A DNA stretch of 64,000 nt from a candidate division WOR-3 bacterium. GTDB lineage: Bacteria > Hydrothermota > UBA3073 > NMUJ01. The position numbers were made by a program, and so were the translations under genes. Positions within the stretch are counted from its first letter, which is position 1. Each line of letters opens with the position of its first letter. Shown piece after piece: positions 1 through 10,700 of the stretch. The notes beneath the pieces are model-generated. The model saw nothing but the letters and a program-made list of their open reading frames with translations. It had not been told where the DNA came from and searched no databases. The stretch covers positions 71,533 through 135,532 of the forward strand of contig JAGGUB010000044.1 of the NCBI GenBank assembly GCA_021158725.1, in the 5' to 3' direction.

Positions 1-186
1 CAGTACCACGGTATCGTTTTTGTAAGCACTAAGCAGCTGTATTATGGTATCGCGGAATTTGGCCTCACCTAATACGCTGAAGTTTAAGCTTATGGGTTCA
101 ATATGCTCGGATAAGAATTCGCCATCGTCGGTTACCACAAGTATACGTGTGTGGGTACCACCACCATCTATACATATGATTTTCAT
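1..186 (-). CDS. BadF/BadG/BcrA/BcrD-type ATPase (N-acetylglucosamine-kinase-like), N-terminal fragment running off the window start
   Basis: The reverse strand from the ATG at 184-186 translates [24 protein letters not shown]... The GxDGGGT motif is the phosphate-1 loop of ASKHA/BadF-type sugar kinases. There is an ATGA start/stop overlap with the upstream methyltransferase gene. The ORF is absent from the track because it has no stop inside the window. Confidence 0.45.
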   Translation of the reverse strand, partial: MKIICIDGGGTHTRILVVTDDGEFLSEHIEPISLNFSVLGEAKFRDTIIQLLSAYKNDTVVL

Positions 187-1622
187 CGCAATCGTAGCAA
201 ATTTTCTACCACACGTCTGGAGCGTGGTAATTGATTCTTTATACGATCGCCTATGAGCGAGCCAATACCTAATGGATATTTGTCCCATCTAACAATGATC
301 CATTTACCGTTTTCAACTTTCTCATGCCAGGGGATGTCTTCACCCCTTATGAAACGTTCTGCAAGCTCACGTGATATCAACACGTAGCCGGTGGTTGCAT
401 ATCTGCCAAATAGCTGTGCTGCATTTGTGGTAAGCTTATACTCGTTTTTGATCTTACGTGCAAACAGCAACCCACGTCGTAGGGAATGTTCAAACTCAAA
501 CGCAAAAAGTTGTTCACTCATCACCCATACTTTATCACCGGATGCATAGAATTGTACATCGGCAAATTCTGGCCACCCATATTTGGACCATAACACCTTG
601 TCGGGAGGCCACGCTTTATGTTTGGTACGTGGTAGCTCGAACGGCTCCCCAGGTGTAGGTGCCAATTTACGTATAAGGCATAAGAAGAACCCTTCAGTAT
701 CGTTATCAAACGGATACAGACGCCAGCATTTTGTAACATCGGGATGAAATTTACGGCCTTGCCATTCGGTGATACCTTCATGGTGATGCCAACCTTCAAT
801 CCGTATCTCCTCCACGGTAGCTGGATAGTGTTCGAGCAAGTAACTGATCACGGCTTCGTTCTCCTCGGGTGCTAAAGTGCAGGTGGAATACACGAGCTGG
901 CCACCGGGTTTCAATGCCTTGAAGCCTGCTACCAGTAGTGGTATCTGTATGCGTTGCATCTTGTTGATGTTGGCTACACTCCAGAAGCTGAACACCTCGG
1001 GTGATTTACGTGAGGTACCCTCAGCCGAACATGGTACATCTACGAGCACCTTATCGAAGAAGTTCGTAAATAATCTACCCATACGACGGCCGTCGAGCTT
1101 CGTCACCATTACGTTGATAACACCTAAGCGATCGAGGTTCGACGAAAGTGCACTTATGCGGTCAATCCGTATGTCATTAGCCACTATGACACCGGTGTTG
1201 CCCATCATTGCTGCTATCTGTGTGGTTTTCGACCCTGGGGCTGCGGCCAAGTCGAGTATATACTCGCCAGGTTGTGGGTCAAGCACCACTGGGGGTAACA
1301 TAGATGCAGCCTCCTGTACGTAGATGTAGCCAAGAAAGTGCCATATAAGGTTACCTATTTTATGGTGTGCACCAACCCCATTTACAACATAGGCAAACGG
1401 TATCCCCGGTATGGGGATGAGTTGCAACCCCTCCATTTCCAACCGTTCTTTGATATGCGATGGGTTGCATTTCAACGGGTTAACCCTCAAACTAATAGGT
1501 AGCGGACGGAAAATGTACTCATAGAAAATGGGCCACTCTTTACCTAACAATTCCTTATAACGTGTTACGAAGTCGTCTGGTAGCTTTATTTTTTCGATCC
1601 CTCGCCTATGGATTGACGCCAC
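183..1622 (-). CDS. RsmB/RsmF-family (NOL1/NOP2/Sun) rRNA cytosine-C5 methyltransferase
   Basis: 479 aa. It carries a SAM-binding motif ([13 protein letters not shown]), the motif IV/VI region ([13 protein letters not shown]) and an RsmF-like N-terminal region (SLRVNPLK). Confidence 0.75.
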   Translation of the reverse strand: MASIHRRGIEKIKLPDDFVTRYKELLGKEWPIFYEYIFRPLPISLRVNPLKCNPSHIKERLEMEGLQLIPIPGIPFAYVVNGVGAHHKIGNLIWHFLGYIYVQEAASMLPPVVLDPQPGEYILDLAAAPGSKTTQIAAMMGNTGVIVANDIRIDRISALSSNLDRLGVINVMVTKLDGRRMGRLFTNFFDKVLVDVPCSAEGTSRKSPEVFSFWSVANINKMQRIQIPLLVAGFKALKPGGQLVYSTCTLAPEENEAVISYLLEHYPATVEEIRIEGWHHHEGITEWQGRKFHPDVTKCWRLYPFDNDTEGFFLCLIRKLAPTPGEPFELPRTKHKAWPPDKVLWSKYGWPEFADVQFYASGDKVWVMSEQLFAFEFEHSLRRGLLFARKIKNEYKLTTNAAQLFGRYATTGYVLISRELAERFIRGEDIPWHEKVENGKWIIVRWDKYPLGIGSLIGDRIKNQLPRSRRVVENLLRLR

Positions 1623-2359
1623 TTATTTGCAAATGGTGCAAGCAGATCTATCGGTACAGGGAAGATGATGGTTGAATTCTTCTCCGCCGATACCTCAGTA
1701 AGTGAATGCAGGAACCGCAACTGCACTGCTATGGGGGATTCGCTCATGACTTTGGCTGCATCACGTAGTTTCTCAGCAGCTTGATATTCACCAAGCGCAC
1801 TTATAACTTTGGCACGTCGTTCACGTTCGGCTTCCGCTTGTCTTGCCATGGCACGTTTCATGCCCTCAGGTAAATCTACATGTTTAACTTCTACTGTGGT
1901 GACTTTTACCCCCCATGGGTCGGTGGCTTCATCTATTATACGTTGAAGTCGCTGGTTGATCCTCTCACGTTCTGCTAATAGTGTATCGAGTTCAACTTCA
2001 CCGAGTACACTCCGTAATGTGGTTTGCGCTAACTGTGATGTCGCATATAAGTAATCTTCGACCTCAACAACAGCTTTGGCAGGATCCATCACACGAAAGT
2101 ATACAACTGCGTTTACGCTTACTGAAACATTATCGCGGGTGATCACATCCTGTGGCGGTACATCAAGTGTTACAGTACGTAGTGATACAACCTGTACGCG
2201 GTCGATGAATGGTATAATGACGATCAAACCGGGCCCTTTAACCCCTATTAAGCGACCAAGTCTAAATACGACTGCACGCTCGTACTCACGTAACACCTTG
2301 ATAGCGTTAGCTAATAGTATGATTACAAAAAATACGATGATGGCTATCAAAATTGCCAT
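1586..2359 (-). CDS. SPFH/band-7 (stomatin/prohibitin-like) membrane protein
   Basis: An N-terminal TM helix is followed by an SPFH domain ([10 protein letters not shown]..., [17 protein letters not shown]) and a C-terminal coiled-coil AEAERERRA. Confidence 0.8.
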   Translation of the reverse strand: MAILIAIIVFFVIILLANAIKVLREYERAVVFRLGRLIGVKGPGLIVIIPFIDRVQVVSLRTVTLDVPPQDVITRDNVSVSVNAVVYFRVMDPAKAVVEVEDYLYATSQLAQTTLRSVLGEVELDTLLAERERINQRLQRIIDEATDPWGVKVTTVEVKHVDLPEGMKRAMARQAEAERERRAKVISALGEYQAAEKLRDAAKVMSESPIAVQLRFLHSLTEVSAEKNSTIIFPVPIDLLAPFANKWRQSIGEGSKK

Positions 2360-3768
2360 TATTCCTCCTTTTCACCTAATGCACCTATAGGGGTGCCACC
2401 TTCACCCGCATTTAAGCAAGGTGAGGTAGCTTTTAAATGAAAGTCATTCTGTTCGGGGTTCACAAATTGTGGGTCCACAGATATATCAGTAGGATGCTGT
2501 AGGTTGGCACTCCAATCCACCTGCCCATTCTTGTATACGTTATTGTGTGAAAGCGTTGGGTTACCGGGTGCAGCATCTTTCACCTGTGTTACGATACCCC
2601 AGTTGTTGAATGCAACAATATTGTTTATGATCTGAGGTGCCGCCCCTTCATATGCGAGTATACCATGTCCATTGTTATAGGTTATGGTGTTGTTTTTGAT
2701 AAGGTATGTGGATACACCCTTCAGTTTGATACCATGCTTGTTGTTACGATAGATCAGGTTATAAGTGAGCTCACCTTCACCACCTTCTGCGTAGATACCA
2801 TGTGCACCATTATATGCGATTGTGGAGTGTGAGACAGAGCATTCACCACCTGCCACGTATATACCATAATGTGAGTTACTAACTATCTTGCAGGTATCGA
2901 GTTCAAACTTACCGCTATCCGAACGTATACCATACTTGTTGTTGAGGAATTCGGTTGCTTTGACAGTAGCTACACCATGGTTGAGCACCCATAACCCATA
3001 CTTGATATTATCTGTGAGTTGGGCATGATCTATTTCTAAGCTGCCACTGGTAACCCGAATACCAATGCCATTTGCCTTGGCAGTAATGGTTTCGATCCTA
3101 CCGCTACTATTCTGGAAAGAGATGGCGGTGGCTGAATCTCTCTCAAATACGGAGTTTTTGATGAGAATATTCTCGCAAGAGTCAACAACCACCCCTGATA
3201 TCCCGTTATCCGTAACCTGCACGTTATTGAGCGTGAGTTGACATTTTAATGCCACGATACCGTTTATACCGTTGTGAGTAATATTCGACCCAATAATGTT
3301 GAGGTTAGCATTACGTGCTATTACGCCAGACTTGTGGTTCTGTGTAATCGTACAGTTGTCAAGCGTTAGGCTACCTCCAGACGCATATATGGCATCGACG
3401 TTACTTCCACGTAGGAGACAGTTTTTAAGTGTCAATTTGCCTGCGGATTGCCACACTATAGGGAGGTCGGGGGCTTCAGTCTCGAGGGTTAGATTTTCGA
3501 CATTTAATTTGATGTCAGAGCTCACTATCACAGCGGTTTGCTCAGCCCGCACTATGGTGGAGTCACGCTGTTCACCCATTATCGTGATACCGAACGTCAG
3601 CTTGAGCGGTGTAGTATATACACCCTTTGTAAGCAGGATCGTGTCACCTTCGAATGCAGAAAATATAGCTGCCCGTAATGTGGGGTAAGCTTCTTCCTTA
3701 CCTACACGCATGATCATCGCATTAAGTACTACAGGTACTATGATTAACAGTGTGGACAGTTTCTTCAT
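2359..3768 (-). CDS. Secreted right-handed parallel beta-helix repeat protein (pectin-lyase-fold / NosD-like)
   Basis: It has a signal peptide ([17 protein letters not shown]). It contains many tandem ~22-aa repeats rich in N/G/I/T ([24 protein letters not shown], etc.). Its stop shares one base with the start of the SPFH gene. Confidence 0.65.
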   Translation of the reverse strand: MKKLSTLLIIVPVVLNAMIMRVGKEEAYPTLRAAIFSAFEGDTILLTKGVYTTPLKLTFGITIMGEQRDSTIVRAEQTAVIVSSDIKLNVENLTLETEAPDLPIVWQSAGKLTLKNCLLRGSNVDAIYASGGSLTLDNCTITQNHKSGVIARNANLNIIGSNITHNGINGIVALKCQLTLNNVQVTDNGISGVVVDSCENILIKNSVFERDSATAISFQNSSGRIETITAKANGIGIRVTSGSLEIDHAQLTDNIKYGLWVLNHGVATVKATEFLNNKYGIRSDSGKFELDTCKIVSNSHYGIYVAGGECSVSHSTIAYNGAHGIYAEGGEGELTYNLIYRNNKHGIKLKGVSTYLIKNNTITYNNGHGILAYEGAAPQIINNIVAFNNWGIVTQVKDAAPGNPTLSHNNVYKNGQVDWSANLQHPTDISVDPQFVNPEQNDFHLKATSPCLNAGEGGTPIGALGEKEE

Positions 3769-3868
3769 CCAGCCTCCTTTTTAGCATCTTAAATATCGGA
3801 ATTTTGGGCATCCCGTCAATTATGGTGCTTGACCTTAAAATAAAAGCGGTTATTTTGGAATAGGAGGT

Positions 3869-4882
3869 ATGATGGAAGATAAGGATAAAAAGTTAAAAGT
3901 CTTAGAGGAAGCACTTAAACAAATTGATAAACAATTTGGACGTGGTACCGTTATGCGGTTGGGTGAGAAACGTCCTGTTATAGAAACGGGTGAGGTGATA
4001 CCCACAGGTTCACTTGCACTCGATGCAGCCCTTGGTATTGGAGGTGTACCACGTGGAAGGGTGATCGAGATATTTGGGCCCGAAGCATGTGGTAAGACTA
4101 CACTTGCATTACATATAGTAGCGGAGGCACAGAAACGCGGTGGCATAGCTGCATATATTGATGCAGAACATGCACTCGATCCCCAATATGCACGTAATTT
4201 GGGTGTAAATGTTGACGACTTATTCATCTCACAACCTGATACTGGTGAGCAGGCGCTTGAAATAGCGGAGACGCTCACACGTAGTGGTGCGGTTGATGTG
4301 ATAGTGGTGGACTCGGTAGCTGCGTTGGTACCACGTGCTGAGATAGAAGGTGAGATGGGAGATGCACATATAGGGTTGCAGGCACGCCTTATGTCACAGG
4401 CATTACGTAAGCTTACCGCCGCTATATCGAAGTCACGTACGTGTGCGTTATTTCTTAACCAGGTAAGATACAAAATAGGGGTAATGTTTGGCACACCAAC
4501 GACCACACCGGGGGGGTTGGCACTCAAGTTTTATTCCACGGTAAGGATGGAGATGAAGCGATTGGATCAAATCAAGGTAGGTGATAGAATTATTGGCAAC
4601 AAAGTGAGTGTAAAGATTGTCAAAAACAAGCTTGCACCTCCATTCAAGAAAGCGGAGTTCGACATATATTATGGTAAAGGGATATCACGTGAATCGGAGC
4701 TACTTAACCTTGGTGTTGAACATAAGATTATCAAGAAATCGGGCGCCTGGTACGCATATGGTGACCTGCAACTGGGGCAGGGGCGTGAAAATGCTATTAA
4801 GTTCTTGATGGAACATCCTGAGCTTGTGCAGGAGCTTGAGCACAAAATAAGATCACTGTTGGGGTTACCAGAGGTCGGATAA
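3869..4882 (+). CDS. recA: Recombinase RecA
   Basis: Walker A (GPEACGKTT), the L2 loop and the whole-length RecA signature are present. A strong RBS (AGGAGG) sits upstream. Confidence 0.97.
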   Translation: MMEDKDKKLKVLEEALKQIDKQFGRGTVMRLGEKRPVIETGEVIPTGSLALDAALGIGGVPRGRVIEIFGPEACGKTTLALHIVAEAQKRGGIAAYIDAEHALDPQYARNLGVNVDDLFISQPDTGEQALEIAETLTRSGAVDVIVVDSVAALVPRAEIEGEMGDAHIGLQARLMSQALRKLTAAISKSRTCALFLNQVRYKIGVMFGTPTTTPGGLALKFYSTVRMEMKRLDQIKVGDRIIGNKVSVKIVKNKLAPPFKKAEFDIYYGKGISRESELLNLGVEHKIIKKSGAWYAYGDLQLGQGRENAIKFLMEHPELVQELEHKIRSLLGLPEVG

Positions 4883-4940
4883 CCTTTATTAACGTCTGCA
4901 GATGATCTAAAGGTTGTCATCACTTAATTAACATGTAATT

Positions 4941-5669
4941 ATGAGAATTAGCTTTTTTGAAGAATTCCCTACGCTTGAAAATCTTACTAAACTTGATATG
5001 CTTGGCTACCAAACTACGGTTTATGTAGCGGCATACAGTTATACAGAGTTTGAGCACATACAAGAGTTCATAAAGCCACATGATACAGTGTACTGGATAG
5101 TGTTGCGTAAGTTTGAGGGTTACTGGATATCACCGTTGGCAAGCCATTGTGCACTCAGGCGTGCATTAGATGAGATATGGGACAAAGATATAAAGGTGAT
5201 GCTGGATCTCGAACCTCCATTGGTGGCACCCTGGCGTTATGTAGTGGGATGGAAAGATTTTACCCGAAATAAGGCAATGATACAGCGGTTCATAGATGAA
5301 GCTCGCCCGCAGGTGATATTGTGTGAGAAACCAGCTGTCGATGAGCAACTAAGGGCGTTGGGCTTATCTTACGTAGGTGAGGTTGAGTGTATCAAGATGG
5401 TTTACACAAGCATAATGCTACGTAAACAGTATCGTGAGACCCTATTACGTAAGGTATGTGAGACAGGGGTTGAGAAATATGGGGTAAGGTTTAAGATTGG
5501 GTTAGGTTGTATAGCTAAAGGGGTGACTAAATTGGAGAGGCTACTGTCACCGGAAGCTCTGTATCATGACCTGAAGATAGTATCTGAATGTGGGGTTGAT
5601 GAAGCGGTGATATATAGGTTGGGTGGGTTAAACGAAGCCTATCTGGATGTGATCAATGAGTTCATTTAG
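4941..5669 (+). CDS. Hypothetical protein (no recognisable motif)
   Basis: 242-aa ORF with coding-like composition between recA and the cutA remnant. I could assign no family. Confidence 0.4.
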   Translation: MRISFFEEFPTLENLTKLDMLGYQTTVYVAAYSYTEFEHIQEFIKPHDTVYWIVLRKFEGYWISPLASHCALRRALDEIWDKDIKVMLDLEPPLVAPWRYVVGWKDFTRNKAMIQRFIDEARPQVILCEKPAVDEQLRALGLSYVGEVECIKMVYTSIMLRKQYRETLLRKVCETGVEKYGVRFKIGLGCIAKGVTKLERLLSPEALYHDLKIVSECGVDEAVIYRLGGLNEAYLDVINEFI

Positions 5670-5683
5670 TATCAAGGAGTGAC

Positions 5684-5779
5684 ATGGAGTACATACGAGT
5701 GGTAGCTGCCATAGATGACCATGAAGCAGTTGAAAACATAGCTTATACGTTGGTAAGCAAGCAATTGGCTGCAGGTTAA
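5684..5779 (+). pseudogene. Truncated cutA-like (divalent-cation tolerance protein) remnant, 31 codons
   Basis: A strong SD (AAGGAG, 5674-5679) precedes the ATG at 5684. The translation MEYIRVVAAIDDHEAVENIAYTLVSKQLAAG* matches the CutA N-terminal pattern VVxxTxPDxExAxxIAxxLVxxxLAAC, but stops where the conserved Cys would be. A shifted frame downstream still reads VTVNFLSQIY, resembling CutA CVNIIPGITSIY. The ORF is too short for the ORF track. Confidence 0.3.
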
Positions 5780-5786
5780 GGTAACT

Positions 5787-5813
5787 GTCAACTTTTTATC
5801 CCAAATTTACGTC
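5787..5813 (+). promoter_or_regulatory. Putative ECF-type (sigma-E-like) autoregulatory promoter: GTCAAC - N17 - CGTC
   Basis: An AAC core (5790-5792) and CGTC (5810-5813), separated by 17 nt, lie immediately upstream of the ECF sigma gene (ATG 5826). This resembles the AAC-N16/17-CGT architecture of ECF promoters. Confidence 0.25.
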
Positions 5814-5825
5814 TAACCTATAAGG

Positions 5826-6344
5826 ATGCGAGAGGAATGGGTTCTACGTGCACAGCAGGGTGATAAGAAAGCGTTTGATAGGATAGCAAGAGAATGGTAC
5901 CCGAAGATACTGAACTATGTGTATAGGGCAACACTCAACATGGAGCTGGCAACTGAGATCACACAGATAACGATGGTACAGTCATATTTCAAGCTACAGC
6001 AATTGAGGGAACCACGATACTTTGCCACTTGGATATATAAAATAGCGACTAATTTGATATTCGATCACTTACGTGATAAGCAGCGTGAACCGCTTGCACT
6101 CGACGATATTGTTGAACCTTCTTTTACACCGAACTGGGAGACGAAGCTCGCCATCCAGCAAGCGTTAAGCCAGCTATCTGATAAGGAACGTACGGTGGTT
6201 GTCATGAAGATCTACGAAAATATGAAGTTCCGTGAGATAGCTGAGGTGCTGGACGAACCTGAAAGTACCATAAAAACCCGTCTATACAATGGGCTTAAAA
6301 AGTTGAAGCAAATTTTGGAGGATTGGGGTATGAAGGAGGTATGA
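5826..6344 (+). CDS. ECF (sigma-70 family group IV) RNA polymerase sigma factor
   Basis: It has a region-2 motif (YRATLNMELATEITQITMV) and region 4.2 (TVVVMKIYENMKFREIAEVLDEPESTIKTRL). 172 aa. Confidence 0.85.
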   Translation: MREEWVLRAQQGDKKAFDRIAREWYPKILNYVYRATLNMELATEITQITMVQSYFKLQQLREPRYFATWIYKIATNLIFDHLRDKQREPLALDDIVEPSFTPNWETKLAIQQALSQLSDKERTVVVMKIYENMKFREIAEVLDEPESTIKTRLYNGLKKLKQILEDWGMKEV

Positions 6345-6826
6345 TGGATTGCGAAACAGTAAAAGAGAAATTAATCGCTTATATATTTGGTGAGTTGCCC
6401 GAACCTGTACAACGTGAAGTTCGTGAACACCTGAAAACATGTAAGTCATGCAACGCTGAGTGTAAGTCACTTGTATCGATAGTCAATATGTTACGTGATA
6501 ACTGGATATCAGCACCCATTAAGAAGGTACGTCATCGTACACGTATATCGGTGGTAAGGTCTATCGGTTATGCGATTGCTGGTGTGTTATTAATTTTGGC
6601 GATATTTAACTCAAGGTTCCACTATGATGGCGTAACGCGATCGTGGGAGGTCTCTTTTTCGGTGTTACCACATAGAGCTAACGAACAGTATATACAGGAG
6701 GTGTTAGATGCACGTGATGAACGGTTATTGACGGTGTTTGCCGAAATTATTGGCCAACTTGAAGCCCGTTGGGCAGATAATTTTTACACGATGAGCCTTT
6801 ACCTTGAGAAAGGAGGTGAAAGATGA
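6341..6826 (+). CDS. Anti-sigma factor (zf-HC2, single-pass membrane)
   Basis: ATGA overlap with the sigma gene stop. The zf-HC2 motif is HLKTCKSCNAEC. A TM helix (IGYAIAGVLLILAIF) follows. An RBS (AAGGAGG) lies upstream. I placed the start at the internal ATG 6341 rather than the track's 6323. Confidence 0.7.
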   Translation: MMDCETVKEKLIAYIFGELPEPVQREVREHLKTCKSCNAECKSLVSIVNMLRDNWISAPIKKVRHRTRISVVRSIGYAIAGVLLILAIFNSRFHYDGVTRSWEVSFSVLPHRANEQYIQEVLDARDERLLTVFAEIIGQLEARWADNFYTMSLYLEKGGER

Positions 6827-7737
6827 AAAAGTTAATCCCACCGCTTATTGTTGTCGCAGTGATTGCAGGGTCACTTCATGGTGAGAATAGTAACCCACCA
6901 TTGTCTAAGCTACATCGTGATATAGAGATATCGGAAGTAATACTTGAGGAAGTGGTACTCGGTACCCATACTGTGGAAGGGTTTCTCGGTAAAGTTGAGG
7001 GCTTCTACTTTCCCGAAAAGGGGTTGATATTCGTGGTTAATGTACCGTTGCTGTTGGGTACACCAGCTGAAACCTTGGAGGTACGTGTTAAGGATTTCTT
7101 TTGCCATTATCTTATTGCGTTTCCATATCTTGATAGAAATGAACGAATACGTGTAGCATTACGTTACGAATACCCAAGCTTTGAGGGACTGCTCAAGGAA
7201 GAGGGAGAGGGTCCTCAGGTGGTGGTCTTCTCTATAAAGAAGGCAGACCTCGACAAGTACAAGTCGGGTAAGTTAAGTGAGAAAGCTTTACGAGCTAAGA
7301 TCAAGGTAACCGAGATACGTGATCTACCGCGTGACGTCCGTGTGATGGGTGCTATACTCAAGGAGACGATAGATTCACCTGAAAGCATGGCATTGTATTT
7401 ACCGGATGATGGTGCATACTTCCTCTATTACGGTAGGGGTATACGGCATGTATTGGAATCATTGAAATCACTAAGAGGGCGTATTGAGCTGAAGGTCAGA
7501 AAAGAAGTCGAACATCGCATTAAAGCCAAAGAACGTGAGCTGATCGAAACACTTGCATTGTACAGCGGGACGCTTGTCTCACTCAAAGAGCACGATTATG
7601 TAAACATTGGTATATCGATGACACGTGAGGGGCCAACTTTTATACTGCAGGCAAAGAAAGGCGATCTGGTTAAGCTCAGCCAGAAAGAGCTTACACCTGA
7701 AGAGTTCAGCAAGCGGATTCGTCACCTACGCTATTGA
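6823..7737 (+). CDS. Secreted hypothetical protein, third gene of the ECF sigma cassette
   Basis: ATGA overlap with the anti-sigma stop. It has a signal peptide (MKKLIPPLIVVAVIAGSLHG) and a charged, lysine/glutamate-rich mature part. Confidence 0.5.
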   Translation: MKKLIPPLIVVAVIAGSLHGENSNPPLSKLHRDIEISEVILEEVVLGTHTVEGFLGKVEGFYFPEKGLIFVVNVPLLLGTPAETLEVRVKDFFCHYLIAFPYLDRNERIRVALRYEYPSFEGLLKEEGEGPQVVVFSIKKADLDKYKSGKLSEKALRAKIKVTEIRDLPRDVRVMGAILKETIDSPESMALYLPDDGAYFLYYGRGIRHVLESLKSLRGRIELKVRKEVEHRIKAKERELIETLALYSGTLVSLKEHDYVNIGISMTREGPTFILQAKKGDLVKLSQKELTPEEFSKRIRHLRY

Positions 7738-7743
7738 TATTAA

Positions 7744-7764
7744 CCGAGGGGTACAACCCCTCGG
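7744..7764. terminator. Bidirectional hairpin between convergent genes (CCGAGGGG tacaa CCCCTCGG)
   Basis: A perfect 8-bp GC-rich stem with a 5-nt loop sits in the 38-bp gap between the convergent stops at 7737 and 7776. Flanking T-tracts are weak. Confidence 0.45.
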
Positions 7765-7775
7765 TACCTTCGTGG

Positions 7776-10700
7776 TTACTCACGTAGCTTCTGGAGTATC
7801 ACTTCGATCGCTTTCTCCAGTTGTGGATCGTATCCTTTGGTAAGTAGGTCAGGTCTATCATCTACAGGTATATCAGGGGTGACACCTTCGTTTTCTATAA
7901 CCCAGTTACCCTTTAAGTCACGGAACCTCCCCACCGGTACCGTTATGTAGCCACCATCCATAAGCTGCCACCCCCAGCATCCGATAAGTCCACCCCAAGT
8001 ACGGTTACCAATAAGTGGGCCAAGCCCCAGCTCCCTGAAGTAGTATGGGAACATATCGCCACCTGATCCTGCATATTCGTTAATAATGCATACGAGTTTG
8101 CCATGAAATTTAACAAAAGGATCGATACTTGGCTGCCCCACACGTGAGACGAACTCACCCAACGGCCTACGTTGTAGGTAATCCATAAACATAGCGGGTG
8201 ACCACCCACCACCATTGTAACGTACGTCGATTATTAAACCCTCCTTGTTGGATTGTGCAAAGAAATACTTGCCAAACTCCTTCAACCCCCACGTAGCGGT
8301 GTTCGGCACATGTATGTAACCTACACGTCCGTTGGTGGCAGTTTCTACCTTGTGGCGGTTGGTCTCCACCCAGTCAAGGTATCGTAGCTCCAGCTCATTA
8401 CCTAAGCTGATGGGCTTGACTACCACCGTACGTGTGCCCTTTACGATGGGTTTGTCGTTGACCTCAAGCCTCACCTGTTTATCTACGGTGTTTTCAAAAT
8501 ATTTGTAGGGGTTATCCGGATATCGGACGAGCTGACCCTCAACTTTTATGAGATATTCGCCTTCCTTCACCATTACACCAGGTTCTGTGAGTGGTGCACG
8601 TCGCTTTTCTTGCCAGTTTTCTCCCTTGTAGATTTTCTTAAACTTATAGAACCCAGTGGTGGGGTCGAGTTCGAAATCCACACCTAATAAGCCAACCTTT
8701 ACCTCCTTCTGTGGTAGCTTGCCACCCCATACATACGTGTGTGAGGCACCCAACTCACGTAACATACCCGCTATTAAGTAATTCAAGTCGTACCTATCAG
8801 CTGCATAAGGTAAGAATTTGCTGTAAATCTCATACAAGCCGTGCCAATCCACGCCGTGCATGTTGGTATCGTAGAAGAAATCGCGTTCCAACCGCCACGC
8901 TTCGTGTAACATTTGACACCATTCCTGGCGGGGATCGACCTTTAGCCTCAGCTTGTCAGTTTTGAGCTTACCATCACCGACACTATACTGAGTATCGTTC
9001 ACCTCGATGATACCGAATGTATTATCAGCTTTATACAGTACATACTTACCGTCTTCTGATACCCTATACCCATCTATACCTTCAATCAATACATGGTCTT
9101 TCTGGTTTTCGATATCATACACGTGTAAATTGTATTTATGCTTCCTGGATGTAAAATCCGTACGCTCTAAGTAGAATATTTTATTTTCGGTAGCTGCCAA
9201 ACCTGAGTAATTGCCAGCAGGTATCGGTACAGCTACTACACGTTGTGATATACCTTCGGGATCGATTTCTATATTTTCAGGTGGCTTCTTTTCGGGTTCC
9301 TCGGGTTCTTCTTTCTCTTCTTCGGGTATCTCTTCGTCACTCTTGGGTAGGAATGGTGATGGTATGTCTGCCTGTAATGTGATCAAACATATGTTCTGAG
9401 TAGCAGGGTAAACTCGGAGCTCACCGAAATCACCACGTGCGGGGGTAAACGTTCTCGATGAGATAAAATAAAGGTACTTACCGGAGGGATCAAAACATAC
9501 CTCATCGTCATCGTATAGATCTGTGGTTATCTTATAAGATTCTTTAGTTTCCACCGAATAAAGGTAAACCGATCCGTACCAGTTATCGTTCTGCTTGATG
9601 TAGGCGAGCCACCGACTATCGGGTGACCAGCAATAACTCCATATGTAATCGACTGCTGAGGTATCAACTAACACTGGTTTTTTATTATCGATATCCACAT
9701 AGAATAACCTCAACTTGCTATCCGAATATAGCAGTTTCTTGCTGTCAGGTGACCACACCAATGGCCAACGGTAACATTCACCATCATAGGTGATACGGGT
9801 TGCGTCACCGGTGCCATCAGCTTTACGTATGTATATTTCGTATTCACCGGACTCATCCGATAGATACGCTATCCATTCACCATCGGGTGACCATACCGCA
9901 TAGCGTTCACGTGTACCAGCTGTACAGGTGATATTACGTACTGGGCCTTTCTCTTTGGGTACAGTGAATATATCACCACGTGCAACCAACACGGCACGTT
10001 TGGCGTGTGGTGATATATCGAACCAATCCACAAGGGTTGAAACATCCTCGTATCTTGGACGTACAAACTTGTAGTCATCCGGTACCTTGATCTTCAATCT
10101 ATGGTATCTTTCGGTTGTGAGATCCAACACCCATAATGTGCCACCACATTGGTAGACGATTTTTGAGCCACCTAAACTTGGCAACTCGACATCGAAATCC
10201 TGATGATCGGTTACCTTACGTATAACCCCGGTGTTGGTATCATAACAGTAAATGTTGAGCTTACCATCTCTATCAGACAAAAAGTATATCTTATCTTTGT
10301 ACCAAAGTGGACATATGTCGGTACCCTCCCAATCCGTTACCCTATAGGCTGTATCGCGGTCAAAATCGTATATCCATACGTCGGGTACCTGGCCACCACG
10401 ATAGTTGCGCCACCCCAATCGCGCAGGACGACGGTTGAAAGCTACCTTATTACCATCGGGTGAAAAGCTTGCCCAATAGACTACGGGTAGGGGTAGCTCC
10501 TCCGGTAGACCGCCCTCCAGCGATACCCTATACAGGCGTGGTTGACACCAATGTGTACGCCGTGATATGAATAGCACATGGTTGCCATCGTGTGTCCACC
10601 CTATTACCCTATCGGAAGCTGGATGGTACGTCAACCGCAACGGAGGGCCACCATCTACAGGTATCACGTATACATCGAAGTTATCTGCATCGTAATGACC

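Noticed and set aside
3850-4527. 225-aa ORF antisense to recA and similar long antisense ORFs inside tricorn, macB, hppA, glmS
   Set aside because: They lie antisense within confidently identified conserved genes. Their Pro/Ser/Thr-rich low-complexity translations are typical of shadow ORFs.
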